A stretch of DNA of 41,375 nt from Octopus sinensis (Eukaryota): positions 1 through 41,375 of the forward strand of contig NW_021835299.1 in NCBI RefSeq assembly GCF_006345805.1. The letters are read 5' to 3'. The position numbers were made by a program, and so were the translations under genes. The notes beneath the pieces were generated by a model that was not told the DNA's origin, ran no database searches, and was given only the letters and a program-made list of their open reading frames with translations. Numbering within the stretch: the first letter of the stretch is position 1; each line of letters starts with the position of its first letter. Positions 1 through 11,652 of the stretch are shown here, piece by piece.

Positions 1-488
1 AAAAAAATTTTCCTGAAGTCATGGGAGCTGTGCTGTTTTCTGACTTTGTAAACATGTCCACGGGTGTTAGACAGATGGACTCAGGAAGCATGGAAGTTTT
101 GAAGGATGCAGTGCTCCGACAACTAACAACCGATGTCGGCAGTTTGTTCCATGCTTCAGCAACTCTTAGCGTGAAAAAATGTTTCCTAAAGTCATGGGAG
201 CTGTGCTGTTTTCTGACTTTATAAACATGTCCACGGGTGTTAGACAGACAGACTCAGGAAGCATGGAAGTTTTTAAGGATGCAGTGCTCCGACAACTAAC
301 AACCGATGCCAGCAGTTTGTTCCATGCTTCAGCAACTCTCAGCGTGAAAAAATGTTTCCTAAAGTCAAGCTGTTTTGTAAATATGTCCACGGGTGTTAGA
401 CGGGTGGAGTTTGAAGAGGTGCTCAGAGTTATTGTTTGTACATGTCAGCTGCTGTACTATCTTCTGGGTCGTGTTAAAAAAAGACTGT
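1..488 (-). mobile_element. CR1-clade LINE 3' fragment with tandem 173-bp amplification
   Basis: Minus frames give DFRKHFFTLRVAEAWNKL.ASVVSCRSTAS.KTSML and LFKLHPSNTRGHIYK, typical of the CR1 ORF2 C-terminus. Period 173 (gtttcctaaagtc at 181 and 354). Confidence 0.8.
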
Positions 489-969
489 GGTTTGATTTCT
501 GCAGTTTGTACAGCCCCTGCATATTGCCCCTTGAGGGGTGCAGAATGCATGCGTTGATCTCTTTTCTTACTCTTTTCAGACGTCTTTCTTCCAGTTGGTG
601 CAGAACCAGTCTGCAGAGCCGTGCTTGATGATTTCCTTCTATGGTTTTCCTGGTTTTGTTTCAGGTTTTCCTGCTTGATGTTCTGATAAGTTTTGGGATG
701 GGCAAAGCTGCAGCCCTCTCTTGTTTCCCCATGCCACCAGGTGCCATTTAAGTAAAATTTACATACAGGCGCAGGAGTGGCTGTGTGGTAAGTAGCTTGC
801 TTACGAACCACATGGTTCCGGGTTCAGTCCCACTGTGTGGCACCCTGGGCAAGTGTCTTCTACTATAGCCTTCGGCCGACCAAAGCTTTGTGAGTGAAAT
901 CTTTAACTCTAGGAAAGTTCAAGAAGAGAAGGTGGAAAAAAAGAAAGGAGAAGAGAGGTATCACTAATT

Positions 970-1361
970 ACTCTTTTACTTGTTTCAGACATTTGACTGC
1001 GGCCATGCTGGAGCACCACCTTTAATCGGGGAAATCGACCACCAGGACTTATTCTTTGTAAGCCAAGTACTTATTCTATCAGTCTCTTTTGCCGAACCGC
1101 TATGTTACGGGGACGTAAACACACCAGCATCGGTCGTCAAGCGATGTTGGAGGGACAAACACAGACACACACACATATATATATATATATATACATATAT
1201 ACGGCGGGCTTCTTTCAGTTTCCGTCTACCAAATCCACTCACAAGGCTTTGGTCGACCCGAGGCTATAGTAGAAGACACTTGCCCAAGATGCCATGCAGT
1301 GGGACTGAACCCGGAACCATGTGGTTGATAAACAAGCTACTTACCACACAGCTATTCCTGC
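970..1361 (-). mobile_element. tRNA-derived SINE family A (Octopus OK/OR-class, exact family not assigned); partial + copy at 768-897
   Basis: Head ggcgcaggagtggctgtgtggtaag with B-box ggttcagtccc, central ccttgggcaagt, internal (TA)/(TG) tract, tail aaacaagtaaaagag. Confidence 0.85.
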
Positions 1362-1796
1362 TAAAAAAAAAAAAAAGGAATTGAGGTAATGAGTTTTAAG
1401 GAGGTTCGATCAAAATCGAGGTAATGGATTTTAAGGGGGTTTAAACAAAATAGTTATTTTTTAAGTCTGTAGGGAAGAAATAAGGAGGTGTATAACAAGG
1501 TGGAAGAAAGAGAGAAAATGGTCGCCAATGGCATCGTCAAGCGCTAAGACGACTCTAGTGCACTTTAATTAGGTTCTTTAATTAGGTTCAAGAATCTAAT
1601 TATAAAACTAGGAACAATCAGAAAGAGAAAGAGACTGTTGAAGGAAAGAATTGAAAAATATTTATTTAACACTAGGAAAGTTTACGAAGAGAGAGTGAAA
1701 AGGAGAAAAGGAATGGCTAAGAGCAAAAAGGAATCGAAGTAATAAATGGTAAATATTAGCAAGGAATTTATTCTTTTTTTCATTTCATTTATTCGT

Positions 1797-2178
1797 TTAC
1801 TTGTTTCAGTCATTTGACTGCGGCCATGCTGGAGCACCGCTTTTAGTCGAGCAAATCACCACCAGGACTTATTCTTTGTAAGCCTAGTAGTTATTCTATC
1901 GGTCTCTTTTGCCGAACCGCTAAGTTACGGGGACGTAAACACACCAGCATCGGTTGTCAAGCAATGCTAGGGGGACAAACACAGACACACACACATATAT
2001 ATATATCCATATATACGACGGGCTTCTTTCAGTTTCCGTCTACCGAATCCACTCACAAGGCATTGGTCGGCCCGGGGCTATAGTAGAAGACACTTGCCCA
2101 AGGTGCCATGCAGTGGGACTGAACCCGGAACCATGTGGTTCGTAAGCAAGCTACTTACCACACAGCCACTCCTGCGCC
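1797..2178 (-). mobile_element. SINE family A
   Basis: Full-length match to the other copies. Confidence 0.88.
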
Positions 2179-2686
2179 TATCTGTAGGTTTTATACGCAA
2201 GCAAGAGAGACTCAACAAAAAGTGATTGAGAATAGGAATAAAAAAAGACCAAAAATATTTAACTTTAGGAAATTTTGAAAAAGATACTTGCTCAGAATGT
2301 GTGAAAGTTACAATAGATTCGTCTTACCTTAAATTCTTGTCAGAGAAAAACCAAAACAAACTTAAATCTCGCTCAACGGAAGACAATTTTGACGATTTTT
2401 TATTTTAGTTCAAAGACTTATGGACACGTGTTTTAGTTTCACTTTAGCAATATAATTGATTCGGAGAAACGGACGAGTACAAAGTCATTTAAAGAATGTA
2501 TTCATCATGTCCTTGAGACTTGGATCAATTTTTGTTTCAACACTGGTTTTCCGCACGTTGTACAGAGGATAACCTCGAGAGTCAAAAATCCGCAAAGTTT
2601 TCTTATGCCGCCATTATACACACACACGCGTGCGCGCACGCACGCACGTGCACAGACGTACGTACATACATACATGCATGCATACA

Positions 2687-2722
<36 letters not shown>

Positions 2723-2861
2723 CGCAGTGAAGCTATACAATAGCGTCGTATTTATTACGATTGCTATTTTCCAGTAAATATTGGCGCCTTGTTGTACCAT
2801 TTATCTATTTATATATATCTATTTATATATATATATATATAAAGATATATATATATATATA

Positions 2862-3373
2862 CTAGTAGTATCGCCCGGCGTTGCTCGGTTTGTAAGGGAA
2901 ATAACTATATAAGCATTTTTAGAGAGTTACTTCCCTTATAGATGCCAATTCGGGCTTTCTTAGCCATTCTGTTTTGGTGTCTTCTTAAGCCATGAAGTCG
3001 TTGTTCTAAAAGAACGCTGTTCTCCTTGACACGCTTTACGACGTTGATTTCCTTACACTCCCTTCCCCACAGCTTCACGAGGGAGGGAGAAGGGGAGAAG
3101 CAAACACAGGTGCAGGTGTGACCATGGACGCAAACTCCGCCGCCATCGACACACGAAAAATTATGCATTAAAATGGAATAAAAAATGATGTTAAATTATT
3201 TTTAAAATCGTAGACTCATCGTAGACGCGCGCTAATAGCCAGACGGGCTCGATATGAATCACGACTATAAGCTACCCGAATTTGGTTAAACTGCACCGCA
3301 AAATGTGGGAGGAGTTAGGAATCTAAATCGTAGGAGACAGACACTCACACAACTACAGTTTTATATATATAGA
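2862..3373 (-). mobile_element. Non-autonomous Helitron
   Basis: On the minus strand: 5' A|TCTATATATATAAAA and 3' hairpin CCGAGCAACGCCGGG followed by CTAG|T. Homologous to 8922-9217 and 31352-31473. Confidence 0.75.
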
Positions 3374-3377
3374 TATA

Positions 3378-3672
3378 GGGGGGGGGAGTTCTCGAAAAAA
3401 CAAAAGACGAAGACAGGCGGTGTAGAAAACAAACAGATGTATTAGTATAACGCTCAGGAATTGAGAAAGTCTTTTATGTTTCGAGCCTACGCTCTTCTAC
3501 AGAAAGGGACACAGAAAAAAACAAGGAGAGAAAAAGGTAGAAAGTCCAGTGGAGAAGTTCGTGTGTGATAAGAGATGACAGGATCAACTGGTGTGACCCC
3601 GTGAGCGTGCGATATATGGGGAGAGTTCACGAAATTAAACAAAAGACGAAGACAGATGGTGTAGGAAACAGA
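3378..3672 (-). mobile_element. Family H1 copy (3378-3536) plus partial tandem copy (3618-3672)
   Basis: gggagagtt..cgaaaaaacaaaagacgaagacagg start occurs twice. Variant hammerhead at 3469-3507. Confidence 0.6.
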
Positions 3673-3783
3673 TATATATATAGAAAGAGAGAGGTGTGTG
3701 CGTGTGCGTATGCGTATGTTTGTATGTGAATGTATGTATGTGTGTGCGAATGTCTGCATGTGTGTTTGTGTGAGTGAATGTGT

Positions 3784-4092
3784 GTGCTTTTGCGAGTGGG
3801 TGCGCGGACGTGTGTTTGTGTGTGTGTGTGTTTGAGTGTGTGTATGTGTGTTTGAGTGTGTGTATGTGTGTGCTTTTGCGAGTGGGTGCGCGGACGTGTG
3901 ATTGTGTGTGTGTGTTTGTGTGTGTGTATGTGTGTGCTTTTGCGAGTGGGTGCGCGGACCTGTGTTTGTGTGTGTGTATGTGTGTGCTTTTGCGAGTGTG
4001 TGCGCGGACGTGTGATTGTGTGTGTGTGTTTGTGTGTGTGTATGTGTGTGCTTTTGCGAGTGGGTGCGCGGACCTGTGTTTGTGTGTGTGTT

Positions 4093-4148
<56 letters not shown>

Positions 4149-4248
4149 CTTTTACGAGTGGGTGCGCGGACGTGTGTGTAAGTGTGTTTGTTTGTGTGTG
4201 TGTGTTTGTGTGTGTGTAGTGTGTGCTTTTGCGAGTGGGTGCGCGGAC
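3784..4248. repeat. Seven copies of the 26-bp core GTGCTTTTGCGAGTGGGTGCGCGGAC in a (TG)n matrix
   Basis: Cores at about 3784, 3870, 3934, 3984, 4048, 4146 and 4223. Confidence 0.9.
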
Positions 4249-4488
4249 GGACGTGTGTTTGTTGTGTGTGTGTGTGTGTCTACACATACAAGCATTACAT
4301 CATATAAAAATCAAAGCCGACATTTCGCGATGCGGAAGCTGGTTTCACTGTTCACAATAATCTTAATCGACCGGTGAGAGAAAAAAAAAATAACAACAAA
4401 AACTAATAATCAAAAAAAAACAAAACCCGTGACTGTACAATGAATGGCTCCACTATTTCCACGCCAGTTGTGTCCCTTCCACGAATCC

Positions 4489-4503
4489 GTTGCCTTTAGC
4501 AAC
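4489..4503 (+). promoter_or_regulatory. RFX X-box-like motif GTTGCCTTTAGCAAC upstream of ZMYND12
   Basis: Matches GTNRCC-N(0-3)-RGYAAC, about 175-190 bp upstream of the ATG in a CpG-enriched patch. ZMYND12 is a motile cilium/flagellum gene. Confidence 0.6.
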
Positions 4504-4676
4504 CCGTCTCTATAGACTCACGCACCGACATATACATATATACACACACACGGATATACGTAAATACCCGTCCAACAGATTTGACACCCATGTTATTATT
4601 ATTGTTGTTATTATCAAGGTACTTTTTTCCCGAAGCTTCTCGCATTTTTTCGGCCGATCGATTGAAACCCGTCGAA

Positions 4677-4783
4677 ATGAGTGTCTACCCGTTTGCCGTC
4701 CCCAAGGGTATCAAGCTTTTGTGTGAACTCTGCCAAAAGTCTGCCAACCTCGTCTGCACCAATTGTAAAGTGACCTATTATTG
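4677..4783 (+). CDS. ZMYND12: ZMYND12 coding exon 1 (MSVYPFAVPKGIKLLCELCQKSANLVCTNCKVTYY), first half of MYND finger
   Basis: ATG at 4677. The peptide resembles the vertebrate ZMYND12 N-terminus (recalled as YPLAVPKG..CEVC..C..C.VTYYC) and has CxxC-x7-CxxC. Donor GTAAGA at 4784, phase 2. Confidence 0.93.
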
Positions 4784-4877
4784 GTAAGAGGCCTTTTTTT
4801 TTTTTTGGTTGTTTTTTTTTTAGTGTATTTCGTTGGGTCTTTTTGTATGTTTTGGTCGGTTATGTTTTTCGTTTCTT

Positions 4878-5279
4878 TCTTTTACTTGTTTCAGTCATTT
4901 GACTACGGCCATGCTGGAGCACCGCCTTTAGTTGAGCAAATCGACCCCGGGACTTATTCTTTGTAAGCCCAGTACTTATTCCATCGGTTTCTTTTTGCCG
5001 AACCGCTAAGTGACGGGGACGTAAACCCACCAGCATCGGTTGTCAAGCAATGCTAGGGGGACAAACACATATACACAAACACACACACACACATATATAT
5101 ACATATATACATATATACGACGGGCTTCTTTCAGTTTCCGTCTACCAAATCCACTCACAAGGCATTGGTCGGCTCGAGGCTATAGCAGAAGACACTTGCC
5201 CAAGATGCCACGCAGTGGACTGAACCCGGAACCATGTGGTTGGTTAGCAAGCTACTTACCACACAGCCACACCCGCACC
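4878..5279 (-). mobile_element. SINE family A (ZMYND12 intron 1)
   Basis: Full-length match. Confidence 0.88.
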
Positions 5280-5359
5280 TATTGTTTGTTTATGTGTTGT
5301 TGTGGTTGTTGTAAACATAACAGATTTTAAAAATGCTCTGAAAAACTAGAACATTGAAC

Positions 5360-5400
<41 letters not shown>

Positions 5401-5507
5401 GCCTGCTCGCTTAGCCAGCAGGGTGGCGTCATTTGAAGGCTAAATAAATTCGAAGCGCATTGTGACCAGCGATGTGTTAACAACATCTGATAGCCTGGTC
5501 GGTCACG

Positions 5508-5588
<81 letters not shown>

Positions 5589-5590
<2 letters not shown>

Positions 5591-5952
5591 CGCAGAGTGG
5601 CTGTGTGGTAAGTAGCTTGCTTACCAACCACATGGTTCTGGGTTCAGTCCCACTGTGTGGCACCTTGGGCAAGTGTCTTCTACTATAGCCTCAGGCCGAC
5701 CAAGCTTTGTGAGTGGATTTGGTAAAGGGAAATTGAAAGGCCCGTATATGTATATGTATATATATGTGTTTGTGTGTCTGTGTTTGTCTCCCAACATCGC
5801 TCGACAACCGTAACTTAGCGGTTTGGCAAAGGTGACTGATAGCATAAGTACTAGGCTTACAAACAATAAGTCCTGGGGTCGATTTGCTCGACTAAAGGTG
5901 ATGCTCCAGCATGGCCACAGTCAAAGTGACTGAAACAAGTAAAAAGAGAGAA
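5589..5952 (+). mobile_element. SINE family A (intron 1); another + copy at 6097-6434
   Basis: Match with small internal deletions. Confidence 0.85.
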
Positions 5953-6671
5953 AAGAGTGTCTTCCTTTATTGTAATTATATAATAACAACATCAACAACA
6001 ACAATAACAATAATCCTTTCTAGTCTAGGCAGAAGACTGGGGGGGGGACAGTCGATTAGATCAACCCAGTGTGCAACCTTAATAATAATAATAATAGGCG
6101 CAGGAGTGGCTGTGTGGTAAGTAGCTTGCTTACTAACCGCATGGTTCTGGGATCAGTCCCACTGCATGGCATCTTGGGCAAGTGTCTTCTGCTATATCCC
6201 TGGGCTGACCAAAGTGGATTTGGTAGACGGAAACTGAGAGAAGCCCGTCGTATATATGTATATATATATGTATGTGTGTGTCTGTGTTTTTCCCCCTAGC
6301 ATTGCTTGACAACCGATGCTGGTGTGTTTACATCACTTAGCGGTTCGGCAAAAGGGACCGATACAATAAGTACTGGGCTTACAAAGAATAAGTTCCAGGG
6401 TCGATTTGCTCGACTAAAGGCGGTGCTCCAGCATGATAATGATGATAATAGACCTCTCTACTGAAACATGAGGCCTCAATTTTGGGAGAAGGGATTAAGC
6501 TGATTGCATCAAACTCAGTGTAACTGGGGTACTTAATTTATCGACCCCCAGAAGGATGGAAAGCAAACTCGACCTCGGCAGAATTCGAACTCAGAACTTA
6601 GCAACAGATGAGATATCGCTAAGCGTGCTAACGATTCTGCCAGCTCACCACCTTAATAATAATAATGATAA

Positions 6672-7010
6672 TAATTTATTTCCTTATTGCCCACGAGGGG
6701 CTAAACATAGAGGGGACAAACAAGGTTAATGGCAAAGTCGACCTCGGCGGAATTTGAATTCAGAACGTAACGACAGACGAAATACCTATTTCTTTATTAC
6801 CCACAAGGGGCTAAACATAGAGGGGACAAACAAGGACAGACAAAGGGATTAAGTCGATTACATCAACCCCAGTGCGAAACTGGTACTTTATTTATCGACT
6901 CCGAAAGGATAAATGGCAAAGTCGACCTCGGCGGAATTTGAACTCAGAACGTAACGACAGACGAAATACAGCTACGCATTTCGCCCAGCGTGCTAACGTG
7001 TCTGCCAGAT
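6672..7010 (-). mobile_element. SINE family B, dimeric form; more decayed copies at about 6530-6650 and 7020-7230
   Basis: Reverse complement of the 24657 copy, including the junction. Confidence 0.8.
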
Positions 7011-7229
7011 GATGATAAACCTGTCTACTGAAAGCAGGAGGCATCAATTTTGGGGTAAGGATTAAGTCGATTACATCAAACTCAGTGTGTGACTGGTACT
7101 TATTTGATCAACCCCAAAGGATGAAAGGCAAAGTCGACCTCGGCCGAATTTGAACTCAGAACACAGCAACAGATAAAATACCACTAAGTATTTCACTCGG
7201 CATGTTAACGATTCTGCCAGCTTGCCAAC

Positions 7230-7234
7230 TTAAT

Positions 7235-7304
<70 letters not shown>

Positions 7305-7316
7305 GTAATAATAATA

Positions 7317-7362
<46 letters not shown>

Positions 7363-8158
7363 GGACAACTGCAGAATCTTGATGTGCCTGTCCTTCCCTA
7401 AACCCTAAAGTTATGTTGCTCCTTACATTCAAAGACTTGGAAAGGATCATCATCATCATCATCATCATCATCATTGTTGCTGTCAACCACCATCACCACA
7501 ATCACACTACCACCAATACAAAACCAATCACCATCAGCAGCTTCACTACCACCACCCTCGTCATCACCACATTCATTGCCACTACCACCACCTCCACCAC
7601 CACGATCACCACCACCAACACAACCACCATCACTACCACCTCCTCCACCACCATCATCACCACAACAACCACCACTGTCAACGCCGCCGCCACCACCACC
7701 ACTATCACAACCACCACAACTATCACCATCACTACTACTACCACCGCCACCATCACCACCACCACCACCACCATCACCACCACCACCATCACCACTACCA
7801 CCACCACCATCACCACCATCACCACTACCACCACCACCATCACCACCATCACCACCACCACCATCACCACTACCACTACCACCATCACTACCGCCACCAT
7901 CACCACTGCCACCATTACCACTGCCACCATTACCACCGCCACCATTACAACCACCACAACTATCACCATCACCACCATCACCACCACCACCACCATCACC
8001 ACAGCCACCATCACCACCGCCACCATCACCACCGTCACCATCACAACCACCACAACTATCACCATCACTACTACCACCACCGCCACCATCACCACCACTG
8101 TTGTTTTTGTTATAGTTATCTTTGTTTTTGCTTTTACTGTTGTTGTTGTTGTTATGTT
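7230..8158. repeat. Compound trinucleotide tract (AAC/AAT, CAT, CAC/ACC, GTT)
   Basis: Direct reading; it produces the spurious poly-T/P/G/V ORFs. Confidence 0.95.
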
Positions 8159-8164
8159 TCCCAG

Positions 8165-8306
8165 TTGTTCCGGCCACCAAACGTCCGACCAGGAGAGCGT
8201 CCATTCTTGTATCTGTGACAATCTCGCCAAAGTCAGACAACCTGAGAAGTATGGAATCTCCGAAGAACAACGTCAAAGACGCAAACAAGAAATCCGGCAG
8301 CTCAAT
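8165..8306 (+). CDS. ZMYND12: ZMYND12 exon 2 (C-CSGHQTSDQESVHSCICDNLAKVRQPEKYGISEEQRQRRKQEIRQLN)
   Basis: Acceptor tttcccAG (8163-8164). TG|T completes Cys. HQ..D...H..C completes the MYND finger and SEEQR matches the family. Donor GTCAGT at 8307, phase 0. Confidence 0.9.
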
Positions 8307-8640
8307 GTCAGTCACCCGACTCTTCTACCAATTCTTATTCTTCCTTCTGTTTCCATTGGTTTATTTTTTTCTTCTTCGCATTACCCACTGGCATTGAGAA
8401 ATTTCTTTCCCAACCACATGGTTACAGGTTCAATCCCACTGCGTGGCACCTTGGGCAAGTGTCTTCTACTATAGCCTCGGGCCAACCAAAGTGGATTTGG
8501 TAGACGGAAACTGAAACAAAGCCTATCATTTGCACATACATACATGAGGAGACGCCCTTCGGTTATGAATGACCATGGGATTGCACCGAGAAAGTTACCC
8601 TCCCAGGCACAAGTTCGGGCAAGGTTGTTTGTGGAAGATT

Positions 8641-8871
8641 GACACCCAAACACTTTGAAATGTTTGTATTGGAGCTTTCGGTGTAAATACCAAACAGTAC
8701 AGCATGTTGTTTCCAAATTTCTGGCAGAGTGAATTGCATCATGGTGCTGTTTTTCTCACTGAGGGTGCCCAACTGACCCTACTGTACTGTGTAGTCAACA
8801 AAATCAAAAACAATGTGCATGCATGAAATTTAAAAAATATAAAATGGTGACAATTTACCTATCACACCCTG
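8641..8871 (-). mobile_element. Tc1/mariner 5' end with decayed transposase N-terminus
   Basis: Terminus reads CAGGGTG on minus. Peptide MMQFTLPEIWKQHAVLFGIYTESSNTNISKCLGVN is HTH-like. Confidence 0.55.
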
Positions 8872-8878
8872 TGTGTGT

Positions 8879-8921
<43 letters not shown>

Positions 8922-8922
<1 letters not shown>

Positions 8923-9217
8923 TAGCAGTATCGCCCCGGCGTTGCTCGGGTTTGTAAGGAAAAAAACTATATAAGCATTTTTAGAGAGTTACTTCCCTTA
9001 TATAATAGCAAACAAATGCATTAAAAATGGGGAAAAATGATGGTAAATTTTTTTTTAAATCGTAGACGTGCGCTAATACCCAGAAGGGCTCGATATGAAT
9101 CATGACTATAAGATACCCGGTTTTGGTTAAACTGCACCGCAAAATGTGGGAGTAGTTAGGAATCTAAATCGTAGGAGACAGACACTCACACAACTTCACT
9201 TTTATATATAAAGAAGA
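8922..9217 (-). mobile_element. Non-autonomous Helitron, internally shorter copy
   Basis: TC...CTAG termini at an A|T site, 3' GC-rich hairpin. Confidence 0.75.
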
Positions 9218-9237
9218 TATATGTATGTTTGTATGTA

Positions 9238-9446
9238 CAAGGGGTTACTGAAAAGTTCCTGGCTTTAAGGGTATCACAAAAGGGGTGGTTGGAGGCCCAA
9301 CCTTCCGAGTTCTTTTACAGGGCTTAGAAAAACTGAAGGACTACTGCAATAGGTGTGTAAATTTGAGAGGGGAATATGTTGATGTAACTGACCCCGCTGT
9401 GTTTTTTCCTTTTACCCAAAACCAGGAATTTTCCAGCAGCCCTTCT
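9238..9446. mobile_element. mariner-type MITE
   Basis: TA flanks; imperfect TIRs CAAGGGGTTACTGAAAAGTTCCTGGCTTT / AAACCAGGAATTTTCCAGCAGCCCTTCT. Confidence 0.7.
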
Positions 9447-9548
9447 TAAGAATTCCATTGCTCAATAATGGTATTTACTGGTGCCACTAACATACTAGTC
9501 ACTGAGTTGCAGAGTTTATTTTATTTATTTATCTTTTTATTTTCACAG

Positions 9549-9720
9549 ATTGAAATAATTCAAACCGCCACCACTAGAGCGCACCACTTGTTGTTCCAAG
9601 GATTACACGAACAGGCGCTGCCCGCAGCCTTGCATTCTGTCAAGTTTTGTATGGAAATTTATGGACTGCAAAGTATTGAACTTATTCCTTCCTACCTCTG
9701 TCTTGGAGATGCTTGTATTG
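9549..9720 (+). CDS. ZMYND12: ZMYND12 exon 3 (IEIIQTATTRAHHLLFQGLHEQALPAALHSVKFCMEIYGLQSIELIPSYLCLGDACI)
   Basis: Acceptor tttcacAG, donor GTAGGT at 9721, 172 nt, phase 0 to 1. PAAL.S....YG..S.EL.P.YL motif typical of ZMYND12. Confidence 0.94.
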
Positions 9721-9818
9721 GTAGGTATTTCTACCACTCGATCTACCCAATTATCATCATCATCATCATCATTTATTGTCTGTTTTCCATGTTGGCATGG
9801 GTTGGACGGTTTGACTAA

Positions 9819-10051
9819 GGCGGCGAGCTGGCAGAACGTTAGCACGCCGGGCGAAATGCATAGCCGTATTTCGTCTGCTGTTACGTTCTGAGTTCAAATT
9901 CTGCCAAGGTCGACTTTGCCTTTCATCCTTTCGAGGTCGATAAATTAAGTACCAGTTATGCACTGGGGTCGATGTAATCGACTTAATACCTATGTCTGTC
10001 CTTGTTTGTCCCCTCTGTGTTTAGCCCCTTGTGGGTAGTAAAGAAATAGGT
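9819..10051 (+). mobile_element. SINE family B, monomer; other decayed copies at about 13900-14110, 18320-18530, 20450-20580, 28370-28560 and 37560-37760
   Basis: ggcggcgagctggcagaacgttagcacg...aaagaaatagg. Confidence 0.85.
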
Positions 10052-10059
10052 TTGACTAA

Positions 10060-10390
10060 AGCTGGCACCAGGTTCCAGTCTGACTTGGCCTGGTTTCTAC
10101 GGTTGGATGTCTTTCCTAATGCCAACTTCTTTACTGTGTGAGCAAGATATTTTCAACAAGGAACTACATGAGTATTTCAACGTGGCACCGGTACATGTGC
10201 CATGTACATGGCACCGGCTCAAAACTCCTGCAGGTCAATCTTCCTTCCAGAAGGAATGGCCTTCAAAAGTCTGCTGTGTAGGACGGGTCTTCTTGAGTAC
10301 AGCAAGATGCCAGGTATCCTGGTCCTTCGTCATTTGCTCTGAAAGGTCCAGGGTCCTGAGGACGCCCTTCAGTACTTCGTCCCATCATGT
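10060..10390 (-). mobile_element. RTE-clade LINE 3' end
   Basis: Minus frame WDEVLKGVLRTLDLSEQMTKDQDTWHLAVLKKTR, plus the tail GTTGGCATTAGGAAAGACATCC shared with 20596, 25520 and 36590. Confidence 0.65.
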
Positions 10391-10512
10391 GTGTGTGTGT
10401 TCTTGTTTGTATTTTTCAGTTTATGATTTCTCCTCCACCCTTTCCACCCTCCCCCACATTCGCAGTCTTTATTTATATTTTTTTTGCTGTCATATCTACA
10501 ATATTATACTAA

Positions 10513-10919
10513 GGCGCAGGAGTGGCTGTGTGGTAAGTAGCTTGCTAACCAACCACGTGGTTCTGGGTTCAGTCCCACTGTGTGACACCTTGGGCAAGTG
10601 TCTTCTACTATAGCCTCGGGCCGACCAAAGCCTTGTGAGTGGATTTAGTAGACGGAAACTGAAAGAAGCCTGTCGTATATATGTGTATATATATATGCGT
10701 GTGTGAGTTTGTGTGTCTGTGTTTGTCCCTCCAACATCGCTTGACAACCGATGGTAGTGAGTTTACATCCCTGTCACTTAGCGGTTCGGCAAAAGAGACT
10801 GATAGAATAAGTACTGGGCTTACAAAGAATAAGTCCTGGGGTCGATTTGCTCGACTAAAGGTGGTGCTCCAGCATGGCCACAGTCAAATGACTGAAACAA
10901 GTAAAAGGGTAAAGAGAGT
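10513..10919 (+). mobile_element. SINE family A (intron 3)
   Basis: Full-length match. Confidence 0.88.
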
Positions 10920-11049
10920 CCCACTCCATGCCCCACCCCACTGAAAATCTTGCCATAACTTGGAGTTCCATAACACAAAACCTACTTTCGTTTTACATTC
11001 TCTCTATCTCTCTCGCGCACACACTCTAACTATCTTTCTCACACACAAT

Positions 11050-11074
11050 ATTTCTATGTCTGTCTTTCTATCTT

Positions 11075-11105
<31 letters not shown>

Positions 11106-11355
11106 TTCTGTCTGTCTGTCTGTCTGTCTGACTGTTTTGTCGGTCTGTCTATCTATCTATCTATCTATCTTTCTGTCTGTCTGTCTTTATCTATCTATCT
11201 ATACATACATACATACACACATATATACATACATACATACATGCACACACACATACATACATACATACATACACACACACATACATACATACATACACAC
11301 CATTCATACATACATACATACATACACACACATACACACATACATACATACATAC

Positions 11356-11386
<31 letters not shown>

Positions 11387-11625
11387 TACATACACACACA
11401 TACATACATACATACATACACACACATACATACATACATACATACACACACACATACATACACACACACCTACATACATACATACACCACATACATACAT
11501 ATACATACATACACACACACAAATACATACACTACACACACTAAATACATACATACATACATACATACACACACGCATACATACATACACACATACACAC
11601 ACACATACATACATACATATATATA
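11050..11625. repeat. (TCTG)/(TCTA) then (CATA)/(CA) microsatellite block; a further (CATA)n at 28862-29000
   Basis: Direct reading. Confidence 0.95.
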
Positions 11626-11652
11626 TTTTACTACTGGTGAAGGTCGGTTTAT

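Noticed and set aside
980-1384. Recurrent ORFs such as MSSNARGTNT..., RRASFSFRLPNPLTR... and MLGGQTQTH...
   Set aside because: Translations of SINE family A, recurring at every copy.
3784-4248. Repeat-spacer pattern resembling a CRISPR array
   Set aside because: The spacers are (TG)n microsatellite, not unique sequence.
7398-8474. Long poly-Thr, Pro, Gly and Val ORFs (also 19300-19963, 23426-24313, 3487-4377, 10960-11654, 37713-38182)
   Set aside because: Translations of simple repeats, open in several frames on both strands. Only the short exon segments embedded in them are real.
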